A stretch of DNA of 64,000 nucleotides from Octopus vulgaris (lineage: Eukaryota): the NCBI GenBank assembly GCA_951406725.2, contig OX597832.1, positions 19,716,001-19,780,000 on the forward strand, read 5' to 3'. A program made the translations under genes and the position numbers. Shown here piece after piece: positions 26,225-41,214 of the stretch (its first letter is position 1; every line of letters starts with the position of its first letter). The notes below the pieces were generated by a model. It was not told where the DNA came from. It saw only the letters and a list, made by a program, of their open reading frames with translations, and ran no database searches.

Positions 26225-26421
26225 ATAAAGGAATTTTGTTAAATCGTCGTTCAACTCCATTCTTTCATTTATTTGTATTAAGAAAAGCACACAAATTTCC
26301 ACACGAAAGCACGTGATCTCTGCCCTAGGCATTTAGCTTCAACCGTGTTTTTCTGACGTGAATTTGATACCCGGGTATCGAGTTAACCGAATTATCCATA
26401 CTAGGATAATTCATTCAACTA

Positions 26422-26507
<86 letters not shown>

Positions 26508-27085
26508 ATTATGTATACATATATATATATATATATATGTCTGTCTGTCTGTCTGTGTATATGTAAGTATGTAAATGCATATACACACATATTTATGCCT
26601 CTGTGTGTTTCTGTGTGTTTGTGTGTTTGTGCGTGTGTGTATGTTGTTAGATTTCCTGATCTGCCAGGACATCGGCTATTGACGTGCATCTGCTTAGTCC
26701 GACGATTTAGGAGATTATTGTAATATATTACATGATCTTATAGATAATGCACTCCTTGCATAACTGAACGTACATTGTTACGTAGCTATGAAATCTCTGA
26801 ATGAAATCTCTTACTCTAGCGATATCATATAATCTGTTCGTTTGCTTTATAGTATTACGTCACAACTATAGTTCTCGAATTTGGCTATTTTAGATTTGCG
26901 GAATACAGAATAGCAGTGAAATTCCTTTTATTGAAGAAATGTTCATTAATGAATGGAATGTTCAACTGTTGATTTCTGTTATACTGTCTAGCCATTAAGT
27001 GTTGCGAGTTTCCCATATATGTCCCTCGATATTTGAATTGATCCCTTTAAATCTCCCTTTCTCTCTCTCGCACTCTTTATATATG

Positions 27086-27143
<58 letters not shown>

Positions 27144-27170
27144 TAGATAAATGGTACAACAAGGTACCAA

Positions 27171-27223
<53 letters not shown>

Positions 27224-27307
27224 GTATGTGTGTGTATGTGTGTGTGTGTGTATGTATATGCATATATACATGTGTGGGTGTATGTGTAAATATATATCTA
27301 TATATAT

Positions 27308-27398
27308 AGTGAGAATTTACAAAAACACAAAAGATGAAGACGGGTCGGTAAACAACAAACATTTGTATTAGTTTAACGCTCGGGAAGTGAGAAAATCT
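27308..27398 (-). mobile_element. 3' tip of the same short repeat family, no HHR
   Basis: Matches 33411-33510; lies between (TA)n tracts. Confidence 0.7.
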
Positions 27399-27531
27399 TA
27401 TATATATATATATATATATTAATTAGAGAATAAAAATTCCAGCGTCACAGGGATTCAGATAAATTGAATTATTCTCGATAAGGAAATATATGTCATTTAG
27501 AGATAGAAGTCCCCATGCAATTCATCAAATC

Positions 27532-27580
<49 letters not shown>

Positions 27581-27584
<4 letters not shown>

Positions 27585-27725
27585 AAATCAAATAATGGAA
27601 CATTAAAGATAACAATAACAAAACAGGGCGACGAGGAATGTATTAATAAAGATGAAAAAATAGGTTTTCGACGTTCCGAACATCGGTCTTCGTCAGAAGG
27701 GAAAACAGAAACGGTCAGAGAAGAT
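27581..27725 (-). mobile_element. PLE-terminus-like unit with degenerate HHR (27664-27706)
   Basis: Minus strand: gttttc-cctt-CTGACGA-agaccgatgttc-GGAA-cGTC-gaaaac; abuts (TA)n. Confidence 0.6.
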
Positions 27726-27738
27726 ATATTTAGGTGCA

Positions 27739-27771
<33 letters not shown>

Positions 27772-29928
27772 GTGTGTTTTGTCTTGTTTGCATTAGTTCG
27801 ATGATATTTCATAATTAATGGCCTCTTTTATTACGTCTCTATGTATCCAGTGTTCAAAATTTGCCCCTAGCTGTTTGTTGCCGCTTCGTTGAACACGTTG
27901 TCCTATATTGCTGCATATCACATAATTGTCGGGAATAATCCGTGGATTACGGAAGATTATTTAGCTCACCTATAGTTTATTAGTCGTTGCCGTCCGCCAT
28001 TATCTTTTGAACCTACATCATTAATCTGCTCACGTAGTGGTCATGATTAATTAATCACGCCATGTAATTAATCACCAGGTTATGACAGACTGCCGTTCCG
28101 AATAATTTGCGCCAATGAATATTAAAGAAATAAAAGAAAATGAAAAGCAAAAAAAAAAAAAAAAGGTGGGGGGGAATAAAATGACTTTTCGGTAGCATCT
28201 TGTGTCATTTGATGTTGATGTTATAAGTATGGAGTCAACAGATAATCGCTAATTATATTGTTCTCACAACACGCTGCTAGATAAACCATTACACACCACA
28301 AAGAGCAAGAAGGAATACTAGATATTTATTTCTTTTTCGAGTACAGCAAATTCCGTTAAGCTATATTGCCTTGTATCTAATGTAATTCCTTCTAACCTTT
28401 TCCCGTTTTTAACTTACCCTGTTGCAGTTGTCTTAAAAATATGGCGCTGACAATATTAATATTTCGTTTCTATATTCTTTTTCTCTTTTTGCCTTTTCTT
28501 GCTCGTCCTTGACTTCATAAATTCTGCTGACCAAATGTTAAGGCATGGTTGACATATTATTCTGGTGTGTCACCCGATTCATCTGTGGGTGTAGTCAGAT
28601 CATATTTGTCGATTTAATTTCATACACATGAAGCCTTGCTCTTTAATAGGAAACACAGCGCCTCATAGAAAAGCTAGTGCTTGTCTACATCAGGAAAGCT
28701 TCAGTAGGAGGCAAAAATGACGTTCGATAGTGTGCTCCGAGGAAATGAAATTCCATCAAATATTTCAGGGAGGGCTATTCATCAAAGTTTGCACGAATCG
28801 TTAGATAATTTTTCTGTTCACGCACGCACACACAAAACCACACACACAACCACATACACATTCACTCATCACATCCATGAACAAATTTTTAGAAAAATAA
28901 TAAAAAAAAGTTTAAAAGATATTCTTTAAAATTTTCGTTTATTTTATAAAAATTTTAAATTTTGGTTTTACTCATGAAGATTTTTAATGAATATTGCATC
29001 AAGCTAAATATTAAGGAATGAAGAACAAGAACAAGAATAATTTTAAAAAATGACATAAAATGGATTTAAACACTTCGAGAAAAATTCCAAGCTGAAAACT
29101 GACGAATGTTGCTCGAAGGCTGCAACAATATTTAAATACGGTATGGTGATGGTCATAGCGAAGGTGGTGCTGTTGGCTGTGATAGTGGAGATAATGCTGT
29201 CATTGGTGGTGGTGGTGGTGATGTGTTTTTTTCTTTTCTTTTTTTTTTTGTATTTTGTCATGATAGGGGGAGGTGGGGGGAGGGGGTGTGTGACAGTGCG
29301 GGAGCTGTTGAAATTGTTGGTAATATTGATGTTAAATTCTGGGAAGTTACGTTGGGAATAGGTCGGTGGTGCATCATAACACGGAGATTGCGTGTGCGTG
29401 TGTTTGTGTGTGTGAGTCTATGTGTGTGTGTGTATGTGTGTGTGTGAACTTGGGGGTAGGATTGGTGACGTAACGACAAACATATCAATGGATGAAAATG
29501 GATGGCGGAGGTTAAAGAAAAAAGCGACGTATATGATGATGATGATGTTGAATATGATGGTGATAGATGGCGCTGATAGTAGTAGCTTAGATGGTGACAT
29601 CACCGGGAGTTCTACTGGTGGTGGCAATGACGCTGATGACGGCAGTGGTGTGTTCCAAAACGGTTCTGCAATTCTTGCTTATTTCTTTTTATAGATATTT
29701 CGTGATACTTCTGTTGCTGGTTACTGGTGTGAACACGTAGAAGAGACGCTCAAGTATAATAATCTAAAGGAGAATAGACAAGAAGGAATAAGAAATCAAG
29801 AAAGAGAAATGTTTATATATGTATATATATATATGTGTGTGTGTGTGTGTATGTGTGTGTGTGTGTGGGTGTGCGTGTATAAATAAATATATATATACAT
29901 ATGCACATATGTATATATGTATATAAAT

Positions 29929-29969
<41 letters not shown>

Positions 29970-30106
29970 CATATTTACATATATACACACTCACATACAC
30001 ACATATATATACATGAGTAGATATACATATACGCATCCATTAATGTATATACATATGTTTAGAGATATACAGATAGATATATTGATAGATAAACAGATAG
30101 ATAGAG

Positions 30107-30156
<50 letters not shown>

Positions 30157-30196
30157 GTAGATAGATAGATAGCCAGACACACAAAGACATATATAT

Positions 30197-30279
<83 letters not shown>

Positions 30280-30382
30280 TAAGTAGATAGATAAGTAGAT
30301 AGATAGGTAGATAGATAGGTAGATAGATAGATAGATATATAGATAGATATGTAGATAGATAGATAGATAGATAGATAGACAT

Positions 30383-30415
<33 letters not shown>

Positions 30416-30901
30416 CGGACAGATAGATATACACATACATACACGTACATACATGCATGCATACATACATACATACATAATACATACATACATACCTTCA
30501 TATATACATAAACAGAAGCAAATAACTATAGTCTCCGAGACGTTAGGTTATACAAGAATATCGACAGTAATGCTGTAGATAACAACAGTGAATATTAAAC
30601 GTGAACGAATGCGTGTGTGCAAATGGGGGATCTGATGAGCGAGCCTCTATGCTGTGTATATATTCGTACGTATATGATTAAATATGTGTGTTGGAATAGA
30701 TAAATAATTGGTAAAAGTCAAAATACTGTTGACATTTCCATCACTTTTTAGATGGTGAATAATTCATCGAGTTGTCAGTAAGACAGTGTTAAATGAAAAC
30801 TTTTTCTTTAATCGATGTCTCGCATGCTATAAAGTACTTTGCGTATAGCTGTACTTGTGTTCAAAAGTGTGCGCGTATAAGGTGTGGTGATGTATGTATG
30901 T

Positions 30902-30939
<38 letters not shown>

Positions 30940-31058
30940 ATGGATTTTGTGTGCGTTATGTGTATTATCTGTTGTAATTCCTTATCACAGCATATGTGTG
31001 TACGTGTTTTGTGTTCGTGAATAATGTATCTACTCATATATATGTCGATGTATCTCTT

Positions 31059-31098
<40 letters not shown>

Positions 31099-31201
31099 CA
31101 CACAGTACACGTATACCCATGCGCGCGCGCACACACACATTAGTCAGGTAATCTAAGTGTGTGTGTAGTTCTTACATGCAGACGTAGTACAACGTGACTT
31201 A

Positions 31202-31720
31202 TATTGGGTTGTTCGGAAAGTTCGTGCCGATTTATAGTAGCTTACCTTTCGGCTTATTGTAAAACATGGTTGAGTTTATAAAAGAGGATTTGACTACACC
31301 TCCGTTTAGAGCACAGTTTAAGCTATCTTTTCATGGAAGAAGGTTTATGTTCCTATAACCTGTGCTAATTTCGTAACCCTTTAAAATGGAAGATAAGAAA
31401 GTTCATTTTTGGCACTTGATGCTTTGGGAACCAAACAAAAATTGCTGCAGCTTGACTGGGATGTGTTACCCCACCCTCCATATTCACCAGATATTGCTCC
31501 TTCGGATTTCCACTTATTCAGGTCTCTACAGAATAGTCTTAATGGTAAAAAATTCATTTCCTTGGATAACGTAAAAAGATACCATGATGAATTCTTTGCC
31601 ATGAAACCACTTCAATTCTGGGAAGTGTGTATTTTGAAAAAGGAAAGATGGAGATGCATTGTTGCTGCGTTCATATTTGGTTGATTAAAATTGTAATGGC
31701 AAGTATTTATTGATCTTTTT
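31202..31720 (+). pseudogene. Internally deleted mariner element
   Basis: TA-TTGGGTTG left TIR; MEDKKVHF..HLML fused to LDWDVLPHPPYSPDIAPSDFHLFRSLQNSLNGK. Confidence 0.9.
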
Positions 31721-31737
31721 CTTTCGTATGCATATAT

Positions 31738-31893
31738 ATGACGGGCGTCTTTCAGTTTCCGTTATCAAATCCACTCACAAGGCTTTGGTCGGCTCGAGGC
31801 TATTATAGAACATACTTGCCCAAGGTGTCACGCAGTGGGACTGAACCTGGAACCATGTGGTTGTTAAGCAAGCTACTTACCACACAACCACTG
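31738..31893 (-). mobile_element. SINE family A, 5' half
   Basis: Homology to 56683-56840. Confidence 0.85.
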
Positions 31894-31894
31894 C

Positions 31895-32072
31895 TTGACA
31901 ACTGTCTCGACCAATATGATGAATGTTTCTTCGCCACTAGGGTTCAAGCACTGTAATACCGATGGAAGAATGTGTGGACTGCCAGGGGGACTATATTTTA
32001 AAAGAAACCTTATTGGTCACATTTCTTATGAATATCTCGGCCAGCCTATGAACTTTTCAGCTGACCCTCGTA
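31895..32072 (+). mobile_element. 3' end of a second mariner-type element
   Basis: RWK..CVDCQGDY-like coding tail and TIR-like end aacttttcagctgaccctcg-TA. Confidence 0.65.
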
Positions 32073-33347
32073 ATTAAGAATGTAAATGAAAGACGTTATT
32101 TGGAACTAAATTAGGAATGAATATAAATGTAACAATACAAATATCTCGAATTTATATAGAAAAAGAGAAACAGAGAGTTTTATAAATATATAATGAAATA
32201 AGAAATAGAGCTAGCTATTTTGTAATTTTTTTTATAGGCAATGGTACAACAACATATTTCTTGACTTTTCGACTCCGTTCTTTATACGTTGGTATAAACC
32301 GCTACAATTCACTGATGTGATAGATAAAGCACAATATTCTGTTTAAGCATCCTCTTTGCCATCCAATTACGAAGGCATAACAGCAGTTGTTTTGCTACTG
32401 CGAATTCTAGAAACATATGCTTGTGTCTGGTGATGTGTGACATGATTCCGTTTCCATGCTTAGAATTGGTTTTCAAAGGATCTCGATATTTTCGCTTCTT
32501 TTTATTACTTTTGGTGTCACCAGTCATGTTTCATCGGCTTTGGTTAATATGAAGCCTCTCGACTAACGATTAAGTCATTCTAGTTGCCATCCACTGATGA
32601 AGTCATCGCTTGCTTTTGTTCGCAGTAGATCTCCTCAATATTTCTATCCTTATTTAATTACCTGCTTCTCTTTGGTGTTCAATATAACAGGTATTGATTT
32701 ATCCATGTCGCTGTTTCCTTTGAATTAGTTTCTCTTAGTTTCTTTTTCTTTATATTCTGCAAGCTACTCTCCACAAAGAATGTGCAAACTCCTTGAGTAT
32801 ACGGTGTCTTGCGCATACCTGTTAGAAAGTGAGAAGGAAGAACGCTATCTACTACTGAAACACAACAGAGGGCAAAAAGAATCTGTACATACGAATGACA
32901 TATCAATTTGTGTTTTCTCCATCGATTTTTAAATTCAAGAGAAAATTTATTTATTTCTTCAAATTAGTTGAACTTCTATTTATTTCATCGTTGGCAGAAT
33001 TTTGCTTGGATATTTATTTTCTCTCAATGAATTAGGTGGGAAATTTAATAAATTAAAACTTTACCATATACATGCCATAAACACTCATGAACACATACTC
33101 GCGCACGAGCACACACATATAATTTTGTGTGGTTATGTAATTAGCAACTGGAGTGCATAACACAAGTTGGTGCTCTCTGAAATTCCTTCGAATAATATTT
33201 ATACATTAAAAATATATTTTACCTAAATACACATACACCAGAAACGTATCGTCGATATTATTTTCTCTTTTACTCTCTTAAGACCTTATTACATTCACAT
33301 TTGTTCACTTTTGTTTCTTGTATCTCTCTCTCCCTCAATCTCTCTTT

Positions 33348-33407
<60 letters not shown>

Positions 33408-33410
33408 ATA

Positions 33411-33612
33411 GTGAGAATTTACAAAAAAAAACAAAAAACAAAACAAAAGACGAAGACGGGTGTGTAAACAACAAACAGATGTATTAGTTTAACGCTCGGG
33501 AAGTAAGAATGTCTTTTACGTTTCGAGCCTATGATCTTCGACAGAAAGGAACACAGAAATAAGCAGAGAAAATAAAAATATAGGCTTAGTGGCTAGCGAT
33601 CAATCATGGCGA
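33411..33612 (-). mobile_element. Short PLE-terminus-like repeat with HHR-like motif (33513-33548)
   Basis: Minus strand: cttt-CTGTCGA-agatcataggctc-GAAA-cg-TA-aaag; flanked by (TA)n. Confidence 0.75.
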
Positions 33613-34331
33613 ATATATATATATATACGTATGTATGTATAAATGTGTATACATACAATGTTTGTGTATAACCGAGCAACAACCAAAGTTATAAATTTGG
33701 GGAAAATGTCAATATATACTAAATACGAAATACAAAATACATGGAAAAATAATGGAAACATTAACAATACCAACTACGAAGAACACAGAAAAGAAAATTA
33801 ACAAAATAAAAAGAAAATCAATCCGAAAACCACAATAACAAACAAAAAAAATTGAAACGTTTGTAATAAAACAACAAAATAAGAAAAAGAAAAAAAATTA
33901 AACGTCGTCTGCAAAGGTAAAAAATACGAAGAAGTTTACAGATATTGAGAGCAACTATTCAATGTGCATTGGAGTGAAACAAGATGGATTGAAGGTGGAC
34001 CGAACACAAGACAATATGCTAAGAAGAATAAAGAAAGGAGAAAGCAGTGCAGAAAGAGTAAAAAAAAAAAACAAACAAAAAACAACCAAATAGTTAATAG
34101 ATAAATAATATAAATATAACAAAAGTAAATAAAAAGATGAAGAAAAAAATGGAAGACGGTAAAAAGAAGATATTGGAAGGAAGTTGCTTAAGGACATAGT
34201 TTAGAATGTAATACACACACACACATCTATCTGTGTGTGTGTGTATGTAAACATGTTTGTATATGCATACATCCTACACACACTTATATGTGTGTGTATG
34301 TATATATATATATATGTATATATGTAAATAC

Positions 34332-34377
<46 letters not shown>

Positions 34378-34559
34378 GTATGTATATATACATATAAATG
34401 TGTGTGTATATATATATATAAATATAAATATAAATAATTATATATATATATAATATATATATATATATACATATAATTATACACATATATGTATGTGTAT
34501 ATACATATAAATGTGTGTGTATATATATATATAAATATAAATAAGTATATATATATATA

Positions 34560-34611
<52 letters not shown>

Positions 34612-34953
34612 CACAGACATACATGCATACGAATGTGTGCGTGTGTGTATTCCGACTAATGGAATTTACTGTGGGAGAAGAGAAGGAAGAAGGTTGAATC
34701 CGAGTTTGGACGTGTGAATTAGTGTCTGATGCATGTTACCAGTCACCAATTCTTGCATCCTCTCCCCGCTCCCCGTGGAAAATACAATAGATGAGAGGGA
34801 GGTCTAGTCTGGTAGAGAAACTGACGGATTAATATCGATTGAGAAGCTTCAATAAGGACATGGGCGCAGAAGTTCATACATGTGTAAATCCGCTTCTGAG
34901 TCCTCGAGTGTATGTGCTTGTTAGCATGTACGATACACACACACACACAAAGA

Positions 34954-34989
<36 letters not shown>

Positions 34990-35095
34990 GACACACACAC
35001 AAGACACACACACAGACACACACACATACACACACATGCATATAGACATGTCTGTGTGTATATCTATCTATCCATAATTTATCTATCTGTCTATC

Positions 35096-35156
<61 letters not shown>

Positions 35157-35454
35157 TCACACACATATGCATACATACATATACACATGTGTGTATGTGT
35201 GAGTGTACATTTGTTATGGTGGTATGTATGTGCAGATACACAACTACAGAGCCTTAGACATACACATGCAGACACACACGCATACACCCACACATATACA
35301 CATACACGCGCACACACAAAACCATTTCAATGTACCTGAGTTCTTGAGAGACTGTGGGAATGTCAATGCCGACTTCTACATGTGTATTTCGCGCGGCAAT
35401 AGTATATTTATTTTTTTAATCTGTATATATATGTATGTGCGTATAAATACATAC

Positions 35455-35512
<58 letters not shown>

Positions 35513-35816
35513 GTATGTATATATGTATGGTTGTACATATATTTGTGTGTATGTATGTATGTGTGTTATGTGTTGTGTACGGGTACGTGCATTGGTGAAT
35601 GGATGTTCCAGCACCAATGAAGGGATCTTGTAGTCGTAGCTGGAGGGCGGGGAGTTGATGTAAAACGGTGGTTTGGCGGTATCACTGAGCTTCAAAAGCA
35701 TCGGAAGATAAAAAGGTGTTTCATGTTTCCCTTGGCTTTGGTGGTGTGGCGGCGGCGGGGGTGATGGTGGTGGTAGTGGCTTTGGAGGTCGTCGTGGTGG
35801 TTGTGTTGGCGGCGAT

Positions 35817-35861
35817 TATGATGACGACAATGATGATGATATTGATGATGATGATGATGAA

Positions 35862-35935
<74 letters not shown>

Positions 35936-35963
35936 CGATGATGACGATGACGATGACGATGAC

Positions 35964-36047
<84 letters not shown>

Positions 36048-36130
36048 GATGATGATATTGTTGCTGATGGTTACGGTGGTGGAGATGACGGTGGTTGTGA
36101 TGAAGATGATAATGATGATGATGGTGATGA
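35817..36130. repeat. (GAT)n microsatellite
   Basis: Directly visible; dozens of further (TA)n, (CA)n, (GA)n, (TAGA)n and (TATG)n tracts occur across the window. Confidence 0.97.
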
Positions 36131-36593
36131 TACTGTTTGAATGATTTTGTTATTGGTTTATAGTGGGTTTAATGGTGTAGCATGAATACGTGTGGTTTTG
36201 CTTAGGCGTGTGTGTGTGCGCGTGCGTCAGTGGTTGCGTATGTATGTCTGTGCTTGTGTGTATGCTGGAGTGCGTGTGTGTTTATGTGTGTGTATGTATA
36301 TTTATGTTCATGAGTGATCAATGCGTGTGTGTGCGCGTGTGTGAGCATGTGCGTGCGTGTGCGTGTGTGTATGTGTAGGCGTATATGTGTGAGTGTGTGT
36401 GTGTCCTGTGCGGCAAACTACAAAAATTCTTCTCCCACACGTTCACCGAAAATAAAACAGAAGACAAAGAGAAGGCGGGGAGAGAGAAGAGAGAGTAAGA
36501 GAGAGAGAGAGGTATGAAGAACGATAAAAGAAAAAATACAGTCAATTAAAGAGACGAAAAGTATGTAAAAAAAAACAGGGTAAAAAGATTGAT

Positions 36594-36641
<48 letters not shown>

Positions 36642-36852
36642 TGGGAAATGAGAAAGAGAGAAAAAGAGGCCAAAAAGAGAAGAAAATATATGTATGTGTT
36701 TGGGAGTGTGTGTGTGCACGCGAGCATGGTTTGTGTATGTAAGTGTGTGTGTGTGTGTGTGTGTGTATGTATGCATGATATGAGTAGATATACATATATA
36801 TATATATCTATGTGTATATTTCTATATGTGTATGTTCGTATACACACAGCTG

Positions 36853-36918
<66 letters not shown>

Positions 36919-37680
36919 AATCTATCTATCTATATATATATATATTTATCTCTCTCTCTATATATGTGTGTGTGTGTATCTGTGTATACATACACACATG
37001 CATTTACACTCGCGCACACACATATATACACAAACACAGAATGAGACAGGCACAGTAGCAGAGGTTTAGAAAAAGTGAATGAGTCTGTGTGTGTGAACTA
37101 GAGAGAGAAAGAGAGAGAGAGAGAGAAGAAGGAGAAGAAGAAAGAGAGAAGAAGAAAGAGAGAGGGGGAGAGGGTGGAAGAAAATACGATAGAGAGGAAT
37201 GAAATGTAGCATAAAGAAAAGCCGAAGTTGAAAGAAGATGAAGATGTTGAAACGCAGGTGCTGGAATTGTTAGCTAATAGCTCGTAAATGCTGCGGGCTT
37301 GTACACGGGAATGTTGTAGAGAGGCTAACAGCAGCTGCTATAGCAACACCAACAGCCACTGCCGCACCATCTTCAATAACTCTAATGGTAGAAATAGTTG
37401 CACTAATGACTAAATAAATTGTAGAATTTCGCAAAATTTCCTTCTGCATCGTGAATATATAGATAATCGCGGGTTAATATACTGAAAGTAGAGAGCTATA
37501 AGAATTTTAATCGATTGGTATTATGCCGGAAATGAGAGAGAAAGAGAGAATCGTTGCGAGAATTACGATATTTTTCCAAATGTTAAAGGGAGAAAACTGG
37601 AACATTTAAACTGATCAAAAATGAAACGCAGTAAAGTAGCGGGGTGCAAGTCAGAAATTTGATAATTTCAGTGAGGTCTA

Positions 37681-38410
37681 TTAACATACTTTATTCTGAT
37701 TAGAATTACTAAGCGAGGCATATGAAAACCATAAACTTCAGACTACAAAAGCAATGCTGAGAGTTCGTTAAGGTGAGATGTATACATCACAACAAGTTTC
37801 TGATATCAAACAGGAAGACGCTACACCTTTCCCAATGTAACCCAATTGAAACATTTCTCCTTGCTAATATTTTCATTAGGTATAGAATTTTTCGAGATGC
37901 AAATGCTAAACTTTTATTACCCGTTTCAATTTTGTACATGTGGATCCCTTTATGGCCCCACATATGTGCTTAATGTTTAAAAGATCTGATTATAGTTTTA
38001 GAACTAAATATTATTAGAAGCTGCACTGAAAAACTGTTAAAATAATTTAACATACTTTATTCTGATTAGAATTTCTAAGCGAGGAATATGAAAACTATAA
38101 TCTTCAGACTACAAAAGCAATCCTGAGAGTTCATTAAGGTTAGATGTATGCATCACGACAAGTTTCTGATATCAAACGTGAAAACGCTACACCTTTCACA
38201 ATGTAACCCACTTTAAATAATTCTCCATGCTAAATCCTTAATTAGGTATAGGATTTTTTGAGATGCAATTGCTAAACCCTTATTACCCGTTTCAATTTTG
38301 TACATGGGGACCCCTTTATAGCCCCACATATGTGCTCACTATTTAAAAGATCTGATTATATTTTTCGAACTGAATATTATTAGAAACTGCGCCAAAATAC
38401 TGTTAAAATA
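37681..38410 (+). repeat. Tandem duplication, two 366-bp units
   Basis: ttaacatactttattctgattagaatt at 37681 and 38047; colinear and moderately diverged. Confidence 0.92.
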
Positions 38411-38585
38411 TTTTATGTACTGTAGAAATATATCAATTTATTTCAATTAGATTTTAACAATGAAATCTGAATTGGACCCGCAAAGGCCATGTGGATCCTT
38501 GTTGAGAGTCACTGATTTAAAGGATCGGAGAAGACAAAATTATAGATAGATAAATGACAGATAGAGACATATATATATATATACA

Positions 38586-38710
38586 GGACGGGTTTCCACG
38601 CAGTTTCCGTCCAACAAATTCGCTGATATAGTAGACACTTGCCCAAGGTGTTGCTGTAGTGTAATTGAACCTGAAACCATACGTTTGAAAGTAAGCTTCT
38701 TAATCATGCA
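38586..38710 (-). mobile_element. SINE family A, degenerate 5' half
   Basis: acacttgcccaaggtg core and B-box-like segment. Confidence 0.65.
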
Positions 38711-40119
38711 CTCAAGATATTTGTTTACATCAGCTTTTATATTTATGAGATTATCTCTCTTTGCTTTCGATTGTACGGTTTGATATATGTGTGTATATGT
38801 GTATCTGTTTGTCACTTTAAAATGTATGCCTGTGTGTGTCTGTGTGTTTACTGAAGCCGTTTCGTGACGAGGAATGTGTGAATTTATTGAAATAAAGCAA
38901 AAGAAAGGACTTTCACTTTAATGGGTTTGTGAAAATGAGTAACATCACGAATAAATAATCCAATTTATTGAATTAATATATGCTGATATAATTAGGGAAA
39001 AGATCATGAGATACTTGTGTAGCGGTGGTCAATGTGACATTAAAGAGAGCAGGAAAATATCATTTGGAATGTCAAGAGAAAATGCAACAGTATACAGGAT
39101 TGCATCTTCGCAGGCAAACGATAGGTGTGTTACTCAGAGTGTGTTACATTTACAGCTAATTAAATGGGCACAACTTGTCACATTCTATGTTACACTTAAT
39201 GTGACACACACACACACACACACACTCATATACATGTACGTACACAGATATATAAACTACAAAATAATCACCAAACATGATTATGCCTGAGGCACCGTTT
39301 CTTATGCTTAAAAGGAAACAATGTAGATATCCTGTAAAATGGTGGCAATGCAATGATTGAAAATGTCTGATTATTTACATGTCTCTGCCATTTGCAGCTC
39401 CACGTTAATATATACAACAGCTATGAGTGATGTTACCTCTAATGATGTGATTTTCAGCATGCCATTAACTTAATAAAATATACATTCGTAATATCCCCTC
39501 TTTTTCAAAATTTGGCATCAAATTTTAGTACGAAATCTTAATCGGTTTCCGTTTACAAATTTCTGAACTGTATCATATTAAAATTCCAAATTAAGAAACT
39601 AATAATTGAATTTTATACGTTATGAGTAAATTTGCACTTAGTCGATAATGGTGTTTGATTGTTCTTGTGCAAGTAAATTGGATTGTAACGCCTTGATCAT
39701 ATGGGACATACTGTGGACAACGAAATCTTTCATATGAGGAACTGCTTGTCCGCCTCGACCACACTGTATATCACTGATCTACACTAACTTAGTAGCACAA
39801 AATGCTGATTATTATTGTAGTTTTTGTTGTTGTAGTGGTTGTTATGATTGTTGTTGATATTTTCTTTGAGGTTCCGGTAGTGATGGTGATGCAACTTATT
39901 CATATGTCTACCATTAGTAGAGCCACTGTCAAAATATTTCCAGCCGTTTTCATTATATCGCGTTTAATCTTTATTGTCTTATATGTCGAATGCTTTTTTT
40001 TGTGTGTACTTCTAATTCCAATAAATTTATTCCTCTCTACTCCGCTGCACTACGCCTCCGTATGACTTACACGTACATACATATATAGATATGCTTACAT
40101 ATGTACATACATACATGCA

Positions 40120-40168
<49 letters not shown>

Positions 40169-40505
40169 ATATATATATATATATATATACATACAGAGAG
40201 AGATAGTGAGTGATAGTGAGAGATAGATTTATAGATGGATAGATAAACAGACAGACAGATAGAGACGGACAGAGAGATAGACAGAGAGACAAAGAGAGAG
40301 ACGGATGGATGGATAGATGGATGGATTGATATATATATATATATATATATATATATTGAGAGAGAGAGGAGAAGAGAGAGAGAGTGACAGATAGTGTCCA
40401 GAAAATAGGGAGGCATGTAGGTCTTTCTTTTTATATTCTTTATCTGATATAAATGTCTTTTTCAAGTGAAGCGAAACGTTTTGCTTTTTCACTTTTACTT
40501 TAATC

Positions 40506-40537
<32 letters not shown>

Positions 40538-40721
40538 TGTATGTATGTATGTATGTATGTATGTATGTATGTATGCATGTATGTATGTGTATGTGTGTAC
40601 GTGTGTAAATATGTATGTGTGTATATATGTGTGTATGTATATATATATGTATGTATGGATGGGTGTATATATGTGTGTATATGTATGTATATATGTATGT
40701 ATGGATGTATATATGTGTGTG

Positions 40722-40755
<34 letters not shown>

Positions 40756-41214
40756 TGTGTGTATGTGTGTATGTGTATATGTATTTACGTATGCATGTAT
40801 CAACACTGTGCTAAAGACAGCTTTCGATGCAGAAGCAACAGTATTCACCTTTGTTCTTTGTTGCAGGATAATCAATATGTTTTATTCCTTAGTGGCATGT
40901 CAGTAATGGCGAAACTTGATTCTTCAAATTGTCTCCACTACTTATTAGGAAGTCGACGCAATAACCAGCAGGCAATTGTTCTACCTTCACTGGGAAGGAA
41001 AGTCTTTTCAATGAATCAATAATTTATCACTTGTAGTGTAAAATATATTCAATTTTTGTCTTTCTTATTAATATGCATAACACTGGCCATGCTTTATTTA
41101 TTTTGCTTTTCTATGACTACTTTCCTTTTCATATATATGCTTGTGAGTGTCTATGTGTGCGTGTTTTGTTTGTGCCCATAAACACAAATATATATACAAA
41201 ACGATATAAATTTA

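Larger units (their letters stand above)
25903..26423 (+). mobile_element. PLE terminal unit with 5' inverted copy (arms 25903-26062 and 26119-26278)
   Basis: ~160-bp inverted arms with 3 mismatches counted; unique 3' tail to ~26423; flanked by (TA)n. Confidence 0.8.

Noticed and set aside
30632-30660. CTGATGAG motif
   Set aside because: No downstream GAAA or closing stems; not a hammerhead.
35595-35715. GC-richer island with open minus-strand frame
   Set aside because: No convincing splice sites or recognisable protein.
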